NCBI RefSeq assembly: GCF_032191835.1 | Contig: NC_083227.1 | Span: 33,108,001 to 33,172,000 of the forward strand | Reading direction: 5' to 3' | DNA: 64,000 nucleotides | From: Heteronotia binoei | Lineage: Eukaryota | In this document: piece by piece, positions 36,389 through 49,200 of the stretch | Layout of the letters: the number at the start of each line of letters is the position of its first letter | Numbering within the stretch: the stretch's first letter is position 1 | Notes under the pieces: generated by a model | Told to the model about the DNA's origin: nothing | The model's database searches: none | The model's input: the letters and a program-made list of their open reading frames with translations, nothing else | Program-made: the position numbers and the translations under genes

Positions 36389-37299
36389 TCAGAAACCATC
36401 TTTTTGTTTCACCATTAGTTGTTCCTTTGTATTCAGATGAGGCCTCAGTAGAATAATGTAGCACTTGGGAAGAAAGATGCAGCCCAGTAAGCCCAAGCTG
36501 GAGGCCAAGATAGAGAAGACCTGCACAGCAACCATGTATTTCCCCTTAGTGCTCAGGTAGGTGGGCACAAAGGACACCCAAACACTGCAGAACACCAACA
36601 TGCTGAAAGTGATCAGCTTGGCTTCATTGAATGACCCAGGCAGCTTTCTAGCTAGGAAGGCTACAGTAAAGCAGATAGCAGCCAGAAACCCCATGTAGCC
36701 AAGGGCAGCATAAAACATGGCCACAGACCCTTCATTACATTGCAGTACGATCTGTCCTGACTGGGAGTGTATGTCAGACTCTAGGAAGGGGGGAGAGATG
36801 CCCAGCCAGAGAGTGCAGATGCCCACTTGAATACTGGAACAGGAACAGACAATGAAGTTGGCCAAGCTCTTTCCCAGCCATTTCCTCATCCTGCTCCCAG
36901 GCTTTGAAGCCATGAAGGCCACCACCACAGTGACAGTTTTGGCCAACACAGAAGAGACAGCAAAGGAGAAGATAGTGCTGAAGGCAGTTTGTCGGAGAAG
37001 ACAGGTCACCTTCTGGGGCTGACCAATAAAGAGAAAAGAGGAAAAGAAAGAAAGCAGGAGGGAGATGAGGAGAACATAAGAGAGGCTGCAATTGTTGGCT
37101 TTGACCAGTGGCGTTTCTAAGTATTTGATAAAGATTCCCAAGACAAAACATGTGATGAGGATGAAGGAAAGAGTAAGTACATTTAGGATGATCCCCAAAG
37201 GTTCTTCATAGGACAGGAAGGTGATATGCTTGGGAATACATTGGTCTTGGAACATGTTTGGCTGATGATCTTGTGGACACTTATCACAATGACTTGCAT
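36389..37299 (-). CDS. Vmn2r: V2R copy 2 exon 6 (7TM)
   Basis: Same 7TM motifs as copy 1; one amino-acid difference (V->F near the exon start). Confidence 0.96.
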
Positions 37300-40200
37300 C
37301 TGAAAGGACATATTAAGTTTAATATCACCACAGCTACTTTACTTCCATGATAATCTTTGTTCTGTCACATTAATTGAAAATACATCCTTAGAGGCATGTA
37401 CTTCCATGCCAGAAAAGCTGAACAAGAAGAGGAGGAGGGAGAAGTCAGGAACTAAGAATGACTAATGGGTTGGAGGTGGGAAACTTCCAGAGTCAGACTG
37501 TATGCCTTCATTGATGAACATCCTGGGTTTAATCTTTAGCGATGCAAGCCAAAGTGATTTCAGATACTAGTGCTGATATAGCCCTCAGACCCTGGACAAT
37601 GAATACCAATCAAAGTAAGGGCAGTGCAGGCAAAATGGTGCAAAAAAATCTAACTTGGCATAAGGCATGTTGTACATAGTCTTGATTGCTGCAGAGTGAC
37701 TGGTATAAGCCAGTTTGGACAAAGTGAATCTGGGATGGAAGCATTATTTTTGCCCCGTCCCCTCCCTCCAACCGGGGCCCTGTAGTCTGACCTACCTTCT
37801 TGAGTGGAGATTGTGCCTTCCCCACAGGGAGAACAGTCGTAGCAGCAAATTGGTTTTCCTTCCTTGATTACTTTAGTGTACCCAGGAAGGCAGATCTCAG
37901 TGCACCTAGAATGAGGCAGTGTCTAAGCATAAAGACAAGAAATACCAAGCAAAATGTGTTAGGGGCTTTGTTTTGTGTGTTCATTACCTTTATCTATAGA
38001 AACCAAGGCTTTTTTTTTAGCAGCAACTCACAGGAATGTAATTCCAGTTGGCTTGTTGTCAGGGGGTGCGGCCTAATATGCAAATGAGTTCCTGCAGGGC
38101 TTTTTCAACAAAAAAGCCCTGTGCGAAACGATGTTGTCAGAGGGTGTGGCCTAGTATGCAAATCAGTTCCTGCTGGACTTTTTTCTACAAAAAACCCCCT
38201 GAAGAGACCTGTTGTTCGAGTGCCAGCAGGCACCATTTTGTCTTCAGCAGACGAGCCTAGGCCAGAATCAGGCTGCTGATCTTTAGGTGAAATATAGGTT
38301 CTAACAGGCTTAGGATCCGTTCTGTGTGTGCTAGATATATTAGTAGATTGTTTGCCCATTATATTTAGATGCTGAGTGCCAAAAAAAGCAATTAAAAAGG
38401 ATTACTGGGGGAGGGTGAGATGGCAGCCGATCTAACACAAAGCCTCCATCAACACCATCACATATCGCCCCACAAAGAGACCTGTTGTCGAAGCCACCAG
38501 AGTCTCCTTTGTGCTGCTTACTCAGCATGACTGAAAGATGACGTGATAGGTAAGCTTACCTCCATCCATCACACCTTAGAGTATATGTTTGGAACCTGAA
38601 TACCAGGACTCACAGAACAATGGGAAGAAAACCAGTCTGGTGAAAAATATATCTAAAAACCTTTCAGTTTTTTCTAGCTCACTGTCATACCAATATTTCC
38701 TTAATAGAGAACAGAATGGAGGAGTATAAGAAGCTTATGAGGACTAGATGGTACATGACTTGCATAGGCAGATAGGCAGTTCAAGATTCCAGTCCAACTC
38801 TTTTGGGAGCCAGGTTCAAATGTCCCAGCCTTAATTGCTATATATGGGAGCTCCTTAGGCCACTCAACAACTTTGAATCCAACACTGAAGGGACATTAAA
38901 CAGCTACCCTAGTACAGCTAAGCCAGTCTGACATAGGAACGGTTTGTAGCTGGAATTCTTGGCCCCAATGTGCATTACTTTGCACTTGGCCACATTGAAC
39001 CTCATCTGCCACGTTGACTCCCACTCACCCAGCCTCAATAGATCCCTTTGGAGTGCCTCACAATCCTCTCTGGTTCTCATCACCCTGAACAATTTAGTGT
39101 CATCTGCAAACTTGGCCACTTCACTGCTCACTCCCAACTCCAAATCACTTATGAACAAGTTAAAGAGCATGGGACCCAGTACTGAGCCCTGTGGCATCCC
39201 ACTGCTTACCGTCCTCCACTGCGAAGACTGCCCATTTATACTCACTCTCTGCTTCCTATTAATTAGCCAGTTTTTGATCCACAAGAGGACCTGTCCTTTT
39301 ACTCCATGACTCTCGAGCTTTCTAAGGAGCCTTTGATGAGGAACTTTATCAAAAGCTTTGTGGAAGTCAAGGTAAACAACATCTATTGGGTCCCATTTGT
39401 CCACATGTTTGTTCATCCCCTCAAAGAACTGTAACAGGTTAGTGAGGCAAGATCATCCCTTACAGAACCCATACTGGGTCTTCCTCAATAACCCATGTTC
39501 ATCAATGTGCCTACTCATTCTGTCCTTGATAATGCTTTCTACCAACTTTCCCGGTATTGAAGTCAGATTGACTGGTCTGTCATATCCTGGATCTCCTCTG
39601 GAACCCTTTTTAAAGATGGGGGTGACATTTGCTACCTTCCAGTCCTCAGGAATGGAGGCAGATTTCAATGAAAGATTACATATTTTTGTCAGAAGAGCCA
39701 CAAGTTCAACTTTGAGTTCTTTCAGAACTCTTGGATGCCATCCGGAGCTGATGACTTATTAGTTTTTAATTCGTCAATCAGTTGTAGGACCTCCTCTTTT
39801 GTCACCTCAATCTGACTCAGGTCTTTCAACACCCCTTCCAAAATTAGTGGTTCTGGAGCGGGCAAACACTTCTCGTCTTCCACAGTGAAGATGGAGGCAA
39901 AAAATGCATTCAGCTTCTCAGCCATTTCCCTTTCCTCCTTCAGTAATCCTTTCCCCCCTTGTTCACACACTGCCTCCCTGGCTGGTTTCCTGCTTCTAAT
40001 ATATTTGAATAAATTTTTATTGTTGGTCTTTATGTTTTTTGCAATATGCTCCTCATAGCCCCTTTTTGCTTGCCTGCACAGTCTTGCATTTGATTTGCCA
40101 CAGCCTGTGTTCCCTTTGGACAGCCCATCTCCAAACATTTATCTCATCATACTTCTCTCTGTCATTCTCATTACTTGTGTTCTTAGGCTATAAAATGATC

Positions 40201-43200
40201 TAATAGGAATAACATTGATGTTATTAAGAGTTTTTATAGGGCATGAAGTACATTTCTACGCACCTCATTAAACCTTTTGGGCCACACAATGACATGATTT
40301 GATAGGAGTAATATTTGAGAAGTTGTTAGGAGTTTTTATGGCTTTCTGTTGTGTTCCGAGTCCGTTTCAAGGTGTTGGTGTTGACCTTTAAAGCCCTGTA
40401 TGGTCAGGGACCCGTCTATCTACGGGACTGCCTTTCTCCGCATATTCCCCAGAGAGCACGGCGTTCAGGGACGAAAAATCTATTGTCTATCTCTGGACCA
40501 AAAGAAGCCAGGTTGCGTACGACACGAGCCAGGGCCTTCTCGGTGGCAGCGCCAGAACTCTGGAATGCTCTCCCAGAGGCCATAAGGGCCCTGCGGGATT
40601 TGTCTACATTCCGCAGGGCCTGTAAGACCAAATTGTTCCGACAGGCCTTCGACATTTAACTGAGAGAGAGCTGCCACTGGACATCATATAGAGCACCATG
40701 TAGAGTACCGATGGTCACCATCGAATTTTTGGAACCGCTCTACTGTACTGTATTAATACAGCACCACGAAATGTTTTAAATAATTTAAATTTAAATATGT
40801 AATTTAGTTTTATATGTTTTATTGGTTTTAATGGAAGTGATGTGATGTTGTGAGCTGCCCTGAGTCTGTTTGCGGAGAGGGCGGGATATAAGCTTAACGT
40901 AATAAATAATAATAAATAAATAAATTATAAGGCATGAAGTGAAATACATTTTCCTCACCTCTTTAAACCATTTGGGCCACACAATGGCATCTTGATCTAT
41001 GGTGAACTTTATCTCTGGAGCAGCATGTCTCTCCACACTCCCAACTTTCACTCTTATAAGAGACTGATTGGGCATTGCCACCCAGTTCACAATATCGAAA
41101 TCCACTGCCATGTCCCCATTCTCATCAAAATAAATTCCTTCTGTGGAATTCTTGTAAGACTGAATGTTTCTCAGGAATGGATGAAGCTATAACAACACAA
41201 AAAACCAGCAGTATTTAGAAATATATTTGGACTTCTAGTCTCCTATGGTTCATGGCCTTTGCCAATGGACTCCATACTCAGAAATGTCTTTTTAACATTG
41301 TCAATGGATCTGAGGCCCTTTGCTGAGTCTTCTTTCTCAGCTTCAGGGTTTTGAGAAAGACTAACAGTGCAATCCTCAGCATAGTTACAGTCTTCCAATT
41401 CCACTAAAGTAAATCTGTGTAAAGTTAGATTAATCAGACACATAACTTTGGCCTTGCGTTCCAAAGAGCAGAGGTTTTTTTTTGAGCAGGAATGCACAGG
41501 AACACAGTTCCAACTGGCTTGGTGTCGAGGGGTGTGGCCTAGTATGTAAACAAGTTCCTGATCGGCTTTTTCTACAAAAGCCCTATGCGAAACAGTGGTG
41601 ATATCAGGGGGTGTGGCTTAATATGCAAATGAGTTCCTGCTGGGCTTTTTCTACCAAAAAAGCCCTGCCAAAGAGAGCTGTGTAAGCAAGGATCACTGTT
41701 ACCAGACATAGCATATCAAACAGAAGATCTGAAGCACAGTTAAAAGGCAGGGAATTGTTGCATTAGAGTTTTATGGCATGTGTGTGTTTGTGTGGCGGGA
41801 ACAGAATTTTGATTTTCAGCCCCAGGCAGTTAGTTATGTTTAAGCAACTGTACACAGAGCTTGCTGGATGTACTGGCCTTTTTCCGTCACATAGACCTAG
41901 ACTATCTGGTACTCTAGAATAGGTTAACTTCTGGCGTCCCCCCCATACATCACTGAATCACATTGGGTGCCCAATTGGGCTCCCCAGGGGGCTGGAGCCC
42001 TAGGCAGTCACCTAATTTGCCTAGTGGCAGGGCTGGCCCTGCCGTCACATCTGTCTAGTGTAAGTAAATGTGCATAGAGGATCATAGAAGTGATGTCATT
42101 CAGGTAGCAACAAGGAACTTATATCATGGGACTGAGCCCCCATCCATTTAAGGATGGTCTTTGTAACTTAGGAATCTAAAGATTCTGCACTGGATCCTAT
42201 GATGTCTTTTCTATGATCCAAAACCAACTGATTTAGGGCTTGTATGCAACCTAGTTGGTGCCCCTCAGTTCCTTTTTTGATGATATCCGCTTTCTAAATC
42301 TTTGACTTTTATAAACCACACACATACACAGACAGACTCCTTCCTTGTGTTCATACTACAATTGTTTGCAAGTGGATTTGGATTTTTCCATTAAACATTG
42401 TAAAATCTAATAGCAAATTGCATTAAAATGGATTCTTATGTGTGTGTGAATGCACCTCTTGTTTCAGCTGTCTTAAACAAAGTAGAATGGTGAAATAAGG
42501 ATGTTTTAACACACCTATTGTAAAAAAATTAATAAAATTAGTCTTTTTGTCTGCATTTTCATAATGAGGAAATCCTTTGATGCTTCCATCAGGAGCCTTT
42601 ACTCCTGAACATTCCCTCAACACTTCAAATTCTGGCGCACTTCACCTTAGGAGGGTTGGTCTCTGGGCACACCTGAGGCTAACCTCCATCAGGAGCCTCA
42701 CAAACTGGATTTGCCTTGGAAACACACAGAATGTCAATCTGTATTTGGAACTAAACAACTTACAGTGGTTTTCAGTAATACTGTCTATGACTATGGCCAG
42801 GTTGGGTGGAAAGAATAATAATAATAAACTTTTATTTATACCCCGCCCTCCCCGCCTAGGCAGGCTCAGGGCGGCTAACAAGACATGGTAAAACCATGAT
42901 ACAATAAAACAATATATCATATAATTAATAATTTAAACAGTAAAACCAATAAAACAGTATAACATTATGGTACAATCAATTATGTATAAGATGGCTCGGT
43001 GTTATTGATATTATCAGGAGTTTCTTCTTAAAAAGCTAGCTGGAAGAGGGCAGTTTTGCAGGCCCTATGGAACTGGTTAAGATCCCGTAGGGCCCGCACC
43101 TCTTCCGGCATTTGATTCCACCATTGCGGGGCCTTTGTAGAGAACGCCTGTTCTCTGGTAGTTTTTAATTTGGTTTCTTTTGGCCCAGGGATTTTGAGAA

Positions 43201-46200
43201 GATTTTTTGAGCTTCATCGCAGTGCTCTCTGGGGAACATATGGAGAGAGGCGGTCCCTAAGGTAGGAAGGTCCTCGACCATATAGGGCTTAAAGGTAATG
43301 ATCAGCACCTTGTAACGAACCCGGTAAAGAATTGGCAGCCAGTGCAACTCCCGCACTCTGGGGTGACATTGCTTTCATGATGTTCTCACAGCAGACTTTT
43401 TACGGGGTGGTTTGCCATTGTCTTCCCCAGGTTGGGTGAATGGGCCAAAAAAGTACGAAGTGGTGTATACTGAGGAAGGCATGTAGGAACAGCAACAGGA
43501 TCAAAAAGTTTTTGCTGCCAAAAATGGTGTGGGAGGGAAGGCTGAAGTGCCTTGTGATGCTGCAGTCTTTGGCACTTCCGACAATTTTTAAGGTGAGCTG
43601 CATTCGGACATAATAAATAAAGAATAAAGGGGGATTCCATGGCAGGACTGAGAATACAACTGACAGAATAATAGATGCCTAGATACAAGGCTCTGCTGCA
43701 GGCACACTAGGAATACCATGTACAGTTCTAATTTAGTTTAGAAAAAAATTTCACAGTGGGGTCCATAAAATTATGCATGGTATATAGAAAATTAATACAG
43801 CAAATGTTTTTCTCCCTCTCCCATAATAGTAGAACTTGGGGTCCACCAATGAAACTGGCTTTTACTGTACTATAAACCAAGTGAGAAATTTTTAAATATA
43901 AAGCTGGTCTAGGAATAAACTAAATTCCAATGGTAATAGGTTCAAGGCAGAAGAAAAGGAGCATTTGACACCAGAGGCAGTTGACTTTGGACAAATACTG
44001 CCATGATGTGGTAGTGGCCACCCCTTAAAAGGTAAAGGTAGTCCCCTGTGCAAGGACCAGTCATTTCTGACTCTGGGGTGATGTCGCTTCACTGCAGACT
44101 TTTTATGGGGTGGTTTGCCATTGCCTTCCTTACATGGTTTTAAAATGGGTTGGACAGATTGCTGGAGGAGAAGACTGTTGTTGGGTATTAGGCATGAGCT
44201 AAAGTGGGCTTCCAGCTTCAGAGGCTGAATTCCTCTGATTATCACAGGCTGGGAAGCAATCACCAGCTGAGGGCACTTGTTTGTGTGCCTTGCTAGTGAG
44301 TTCTGGGGGGCATCAGATTGGCTGCTGTTGGAAACATGACATGAACATGATAACAGTATTGGTCTGATGCAGTGTAGCTACTCAAATACTCCCGTTTTCT
44401 TAGAGAGAACACATACCTGCCATGGCTGCAGCTTCTGAAGTCCCAGCCAGCCTCCTCTCAACTTCTGATTAGATCTGGATAAGAAGGCAGCACTTAAGGC
44501 ATGTGTCACCACCTGGATAGAGTTGTAAATGATGTAGCTATTCTGAGACAGTATCCTTTCAAGATCCTCATGGGACGGGGTTATCCGCTCCTCTTTCTCT
44601 CTGCATCTTGTCCAGCCTTTCACAGGCAATCCATCATTTGAATAGGAGCAATGAAATGTTCCCTCTCCAATTATACTGGGAGTACGGAGAAAGGAGCCCA
44701 AATTGTCATAGTCAGTGTTGCTGTTTGCTTGGGTCAGAAAGGAAAAAGAACCATGGATATCAAACATCTTCAAAAATAAACTCAAGTTGAAATCATTCAA
44801 GATTACTGTGATCCAGACTTTTCCCACAATGGATTTTTTTGTTTTCTCAATGTCTTTAATCAAAACCCCAACTGTAAGCATGGAGTAGGAGTCTCCATGG
44901 AAAATAAACACATTACATTTTCTTTGCATGTAAATGTAATATGCGTGGGAAAGAAACTCGATTCCATCACCATTTGGTTCTGGGATGCTGTGTTGGAAGG
45001 CAATGCAAATCGCACTCCTGAGAAACACATGGGCCATAGTCCTCAGGAATCTTTCTCCTTGGGCATTATCTGAAGCAAGGAGACCGATCCACGTCCATCT
45101 GAAATGCAGGAGCATCTTCACAATCCCCATGAAAAATGAATCTTGCTTTGGGGCCATCTGGTACAAAAAGGGAAGCTGAGTCTCATCTTTGAACCCACGG
45201 TCCTCCAAACTATAGCTGATCTAGTTAAGAAAGGAAGAGACTGAAATTTGGCTTTGTATCAAAGAGAAAACTGATATACAGTGTAGCCAATTAGCAATTC
45301 CCCAATCAAGCAGTACATAATTTGGTTCTAAAACAATTTGGCTCTATTCAGGATTCTTTAAACGCATATGATAGCAGCTATAAAGTTAAGGGCTACTCTT
45401 ACCTTGCCATATTTGATCTCTTTTCCAAAGTTTGATCTGATTTCCATAGCAGCAACAGGGGGAAGAAGAAAGACGCATTTCTGCTGGGTCATTGGCAAAA
45501 GCCCCTTGTGGGCAGGGCTGGCTCGCCCACTAGGCAAACTATGCATTTGCCTAGGGCGCCAGCAAGGTGGGGGCACCAAATTTGGCCAACTCTCTCCTCT
45601 CTAGGCAAATGCCTAGTTTGTCTGCTCCCCAGCCTCCTCCTCCCTCCCTTCCCCACTAGGTCTATTTCAATGCCCGGGAACGGGCGGTTGACCACCGTAC
45701 TCCTGGGCTATTTAAAGCCCCCCCCTCGCCAATCAGCTGATTGGTGGGTAAAACCGTGCCAGAAGCTCCTAGCTCTTATGCTGGCCCTCTGGCGCACTCA
45801 CTGTCAGTGCCCCCTCAGCCCAGTGCTGATCAGCGAGGGGTGCCTTTAAATAGCCCGGGAGCACGGTGCTCGACCACATGGGCATTGCAATAGACCTGGT
45901 GGGGAAGGGAGTGCTACGACGGGGGCGGCAGGCCAGTCCTGCTTGAGGGGGGAGGCCAATCATTGCAGTATTTCTGCTTTTGCAAATGGGAGTGATTTGA
46001 TTTACAAACTGCATTTCCAGTTACTTGCAAAATGGTTTCCAAAGACCTTCTAATTGTCTTGCTGGATAAGAGAGTGTTTTTGGACTGGAGAGACAAGCTG
46101 CCAGGCTGGCTTTTTGCTTTGGCTTCTACTCTCTGCCTGAGAATCTCCTGGACTTTGGATCAGATCTTGTTCTGCCCTGTCCAACTGGAGCAGCAGACAA

Positions 46201-49200
46201 GGAGGGAAGGGCTTGGTTTCCAGCATTTTTTAAAAAGTTATCTTCTTGCTATTTCTTGTTCTTTAGGCCTTGTGGGTGGGTTGTGTGGTAGAGGCTCATG
46301 GCCTAGGCTGTGGCCTCGTGCCTAGTGTCTGCTTCTCTTTGGTTAGGTTCTCTTATTCCTGCTGGGGTTTTTTTTTGGGGGGGGGGGTTCCATTGAGTTT
46401 GGTTTTAATAGGCAGACGTCTGGTTTCTGGTTGTTGCACTTGGAGTTTGGAGTTCTGTGGCTTCTGCCTTTTTTGGTGATTGTGGAGGGGGGGGAGGCCT
46501 GTGTCCTAGACTGGCCTTCCAGAGAGAAGATGGGGGAGACTCAGAGGGCAGAAATGCCCCCCCCCCCGAGTTTCTGGTTCAGAGATTCTCTGGTTTGACC
46601 TTACTCCTTCTTTTGGGTTTTGGTATTGCTCCAGTGGCGCTGGTTCTGCTGGGCACATTGCACTTGTTCTGCCTCTGGCCTTGCAAAGGTTCCCCCCTGC
46701 CCTCCACACACTTCACTTTATTGCAGGGCTTGTATTGCCTGGCTGTTTTCCCCCACTGGAAACAATGACGGATGGAGGCCAGGATTCCTTTCCTGTTGCC
46801 TCCAGGAAGCCCCCTTTTAGGAGGCATCCTGGGAAAACCCCATCCCTTCAGAGAAATCTCCAGCCCATTCCTGGAGCTTGCCTCTGGGGCTAGTCTCAAC
46901 TACCTCCAAACTCTGTCCCTGCCTGGGGAAGGGTGAGCTGGGTCATCTCATTGTCTCTTCTCCCAAATCCATTACCATTTGCATGACAGCTAAATTGACC
47001 TAGCTTCCATTACTTGGCTGTTTTTCTCTATTGGAAACAATGAAGGATAGGGACGCCTTCTTTCGGTGCCCATAGAATTGGACTCTCTGGTCCAATCTTT
47101 TTGAAACTCGGGGGTTCTTTTGAAGAGAGGCTACACGGCAAATCTGGTGCTTCTACCTAAAACAAAAAAATATAACCCAGGAAGGATTTGCGATTGACTT
47201 TGATGGCCTCATAAGCTATAATGGACCCAAAAAATTAAGGATTCTCTAATTTTACACAAATACAAATACTATACCGGAATTGGTATTTGGGACATTCAGT
47301 ATTTAATGATATTCTTTAAGGCCCAATAAACCCAAATCCAAAAAATACCATTTTTTTCTTTTTTTCACACCCCTAATGTGAAGCAAAAGAAATTATTTTT
47401 TAATGGATAAAAGCAGGGCTTTTTTTGAGCAGGAACGCACAGAAACGCAGTTCTGATTGTCTTGGCATCAGGATGTGTGGCCTAATATGTAAATGAGTTT
47501 CTGCTGGGCTTTTCTTCAGAAAAGCCCTGTGTGAAACAGCGGTGATGTCAGGGTGTGTGGGCTAACATGCAAATGAGTTTCTGCTTATTTGTCTTAATGT
47601 ATGGAAACAGAGGGTGTGGTTACATGTTGCCAGAAGAATGCACCTATAGCTAATGACTGGTTGGTGAAAGTGGAGAATTATCCACATTCTGCAGGGGAAT
47701 GCTGACACAGAGCTCAAGAGGTGAACACCTCATTATGATCCAGTTGCTTGAGACCTGAGTCAGGTGAGTAAATACTGCATTCTATATATTCTGTACAGTT
47801 AAAATATGCACCTATGGGGGTGTGATTGACTACATACTCTTCTAAATCCATTGCATCTAACGAAATTAGAAGGATACACACGGGCTTCGGATGGCATTGT
47901 TAGACACAGCCCCCCTGACCATATGCCATGTACCTGAGGTATTTTATAGATGCTTAACATGGTAGAAATCTGGTTGGAGGTTTTGGAGTTGACCCCTTCA
48001 AGAACGGCCAGGAGCGTATTCCGTCCTCCACAGCTGTAGTTTGGAACATTCTTCTGTTCACCAGACTGCAGGTCTATCACCGCATCATAAGTAATTTTTG
48101 CATTAGAATAGTTCTCATAGATGTTGTAACCCAGAGTCATGTTGGGTAAGAGATTGGAATGTTCATTGATTCTCTCAGTGGCAAACACAAAGGGCAGAAG
48201 TTCAAAATACTTCATGTGACCTAGACTGCAACACAATGTGTTTAGTTACATTTGTCCTGGTATTCTGTGCTGATATGCTAAAATCTGACTTTTTTTCCAC
48301 TCAGGAGCTATGCAGGTAATACAAATATCTAGGTCTTTCCCTCAGAACTAACGCCATGCTGTTCATATTCAGAGCTTGAAGTAGAATAGCTGATTCTATG
48401 ACAATAGCGTAGGAAGGGGTATATTGTCATTTGCTTTTAAAAACAAAAGAAAAGAGGGCTTAGATCATTCCCAATGCTGAAGAGGAGGAGAGCACAGCCT
48501 TTGAAGCATGAATTCTTTATAACAAAATTCCTTTAAAAAGTTCCTGATCTAACTGGGGAAGGGGGGGCATTATTGCAAGCCACACTAACTTGTCTTGTGT
48601 AGAACCATATAGCTGAAATGGTGTCTTGATACTGTGACCCCTAAAAGTGTGGGAGTGTCATGAGCTCAGTTACTCACACCCTGTAATGTCTGGAAAATGT
48701 AGATGCTCTCACATCAGTCACATTGAGACAAGATATTTTGGGAACTTGCTAAGTACTGTGGATTTGTTGCATTCTAAGCAGAATATTTTACATGTTTCCT
48801 GTGAGAATCTTTGTGTTGCTATGACTTAAGCTGAGACCTGAACCCTATAAAATAAAGGCCGCTTGCTATGCAAGCTAAGCTTTTCCCCCTCAACACGTGT
48901 GTTGTGTGGTTCATTCGAACATGTGGCACCCGAACAGGGACAGCTCACCTTAGCAGCCACAGCTCAGCTCCTGGGGCAAGGGAGGGCTCCTGCTTTCCGG
49001 TATCACTGGCACAGCCCAGCAGCTCAGCTCTACTTATCAAACGCCTGGCCGAGGCCCCAAGTGCGTACTCCGTCGTTTTCAAATGACCCCTTTCATTTGG
49101 TAAGCAATGGGTGGACAGTTTTCTCAGGTTGAGCATAAACATTTAGGTGAGTTAAAGTTTTTGATCCAAAAGTCCGGTGGGTCCGTGACTTCTGGCCAAC

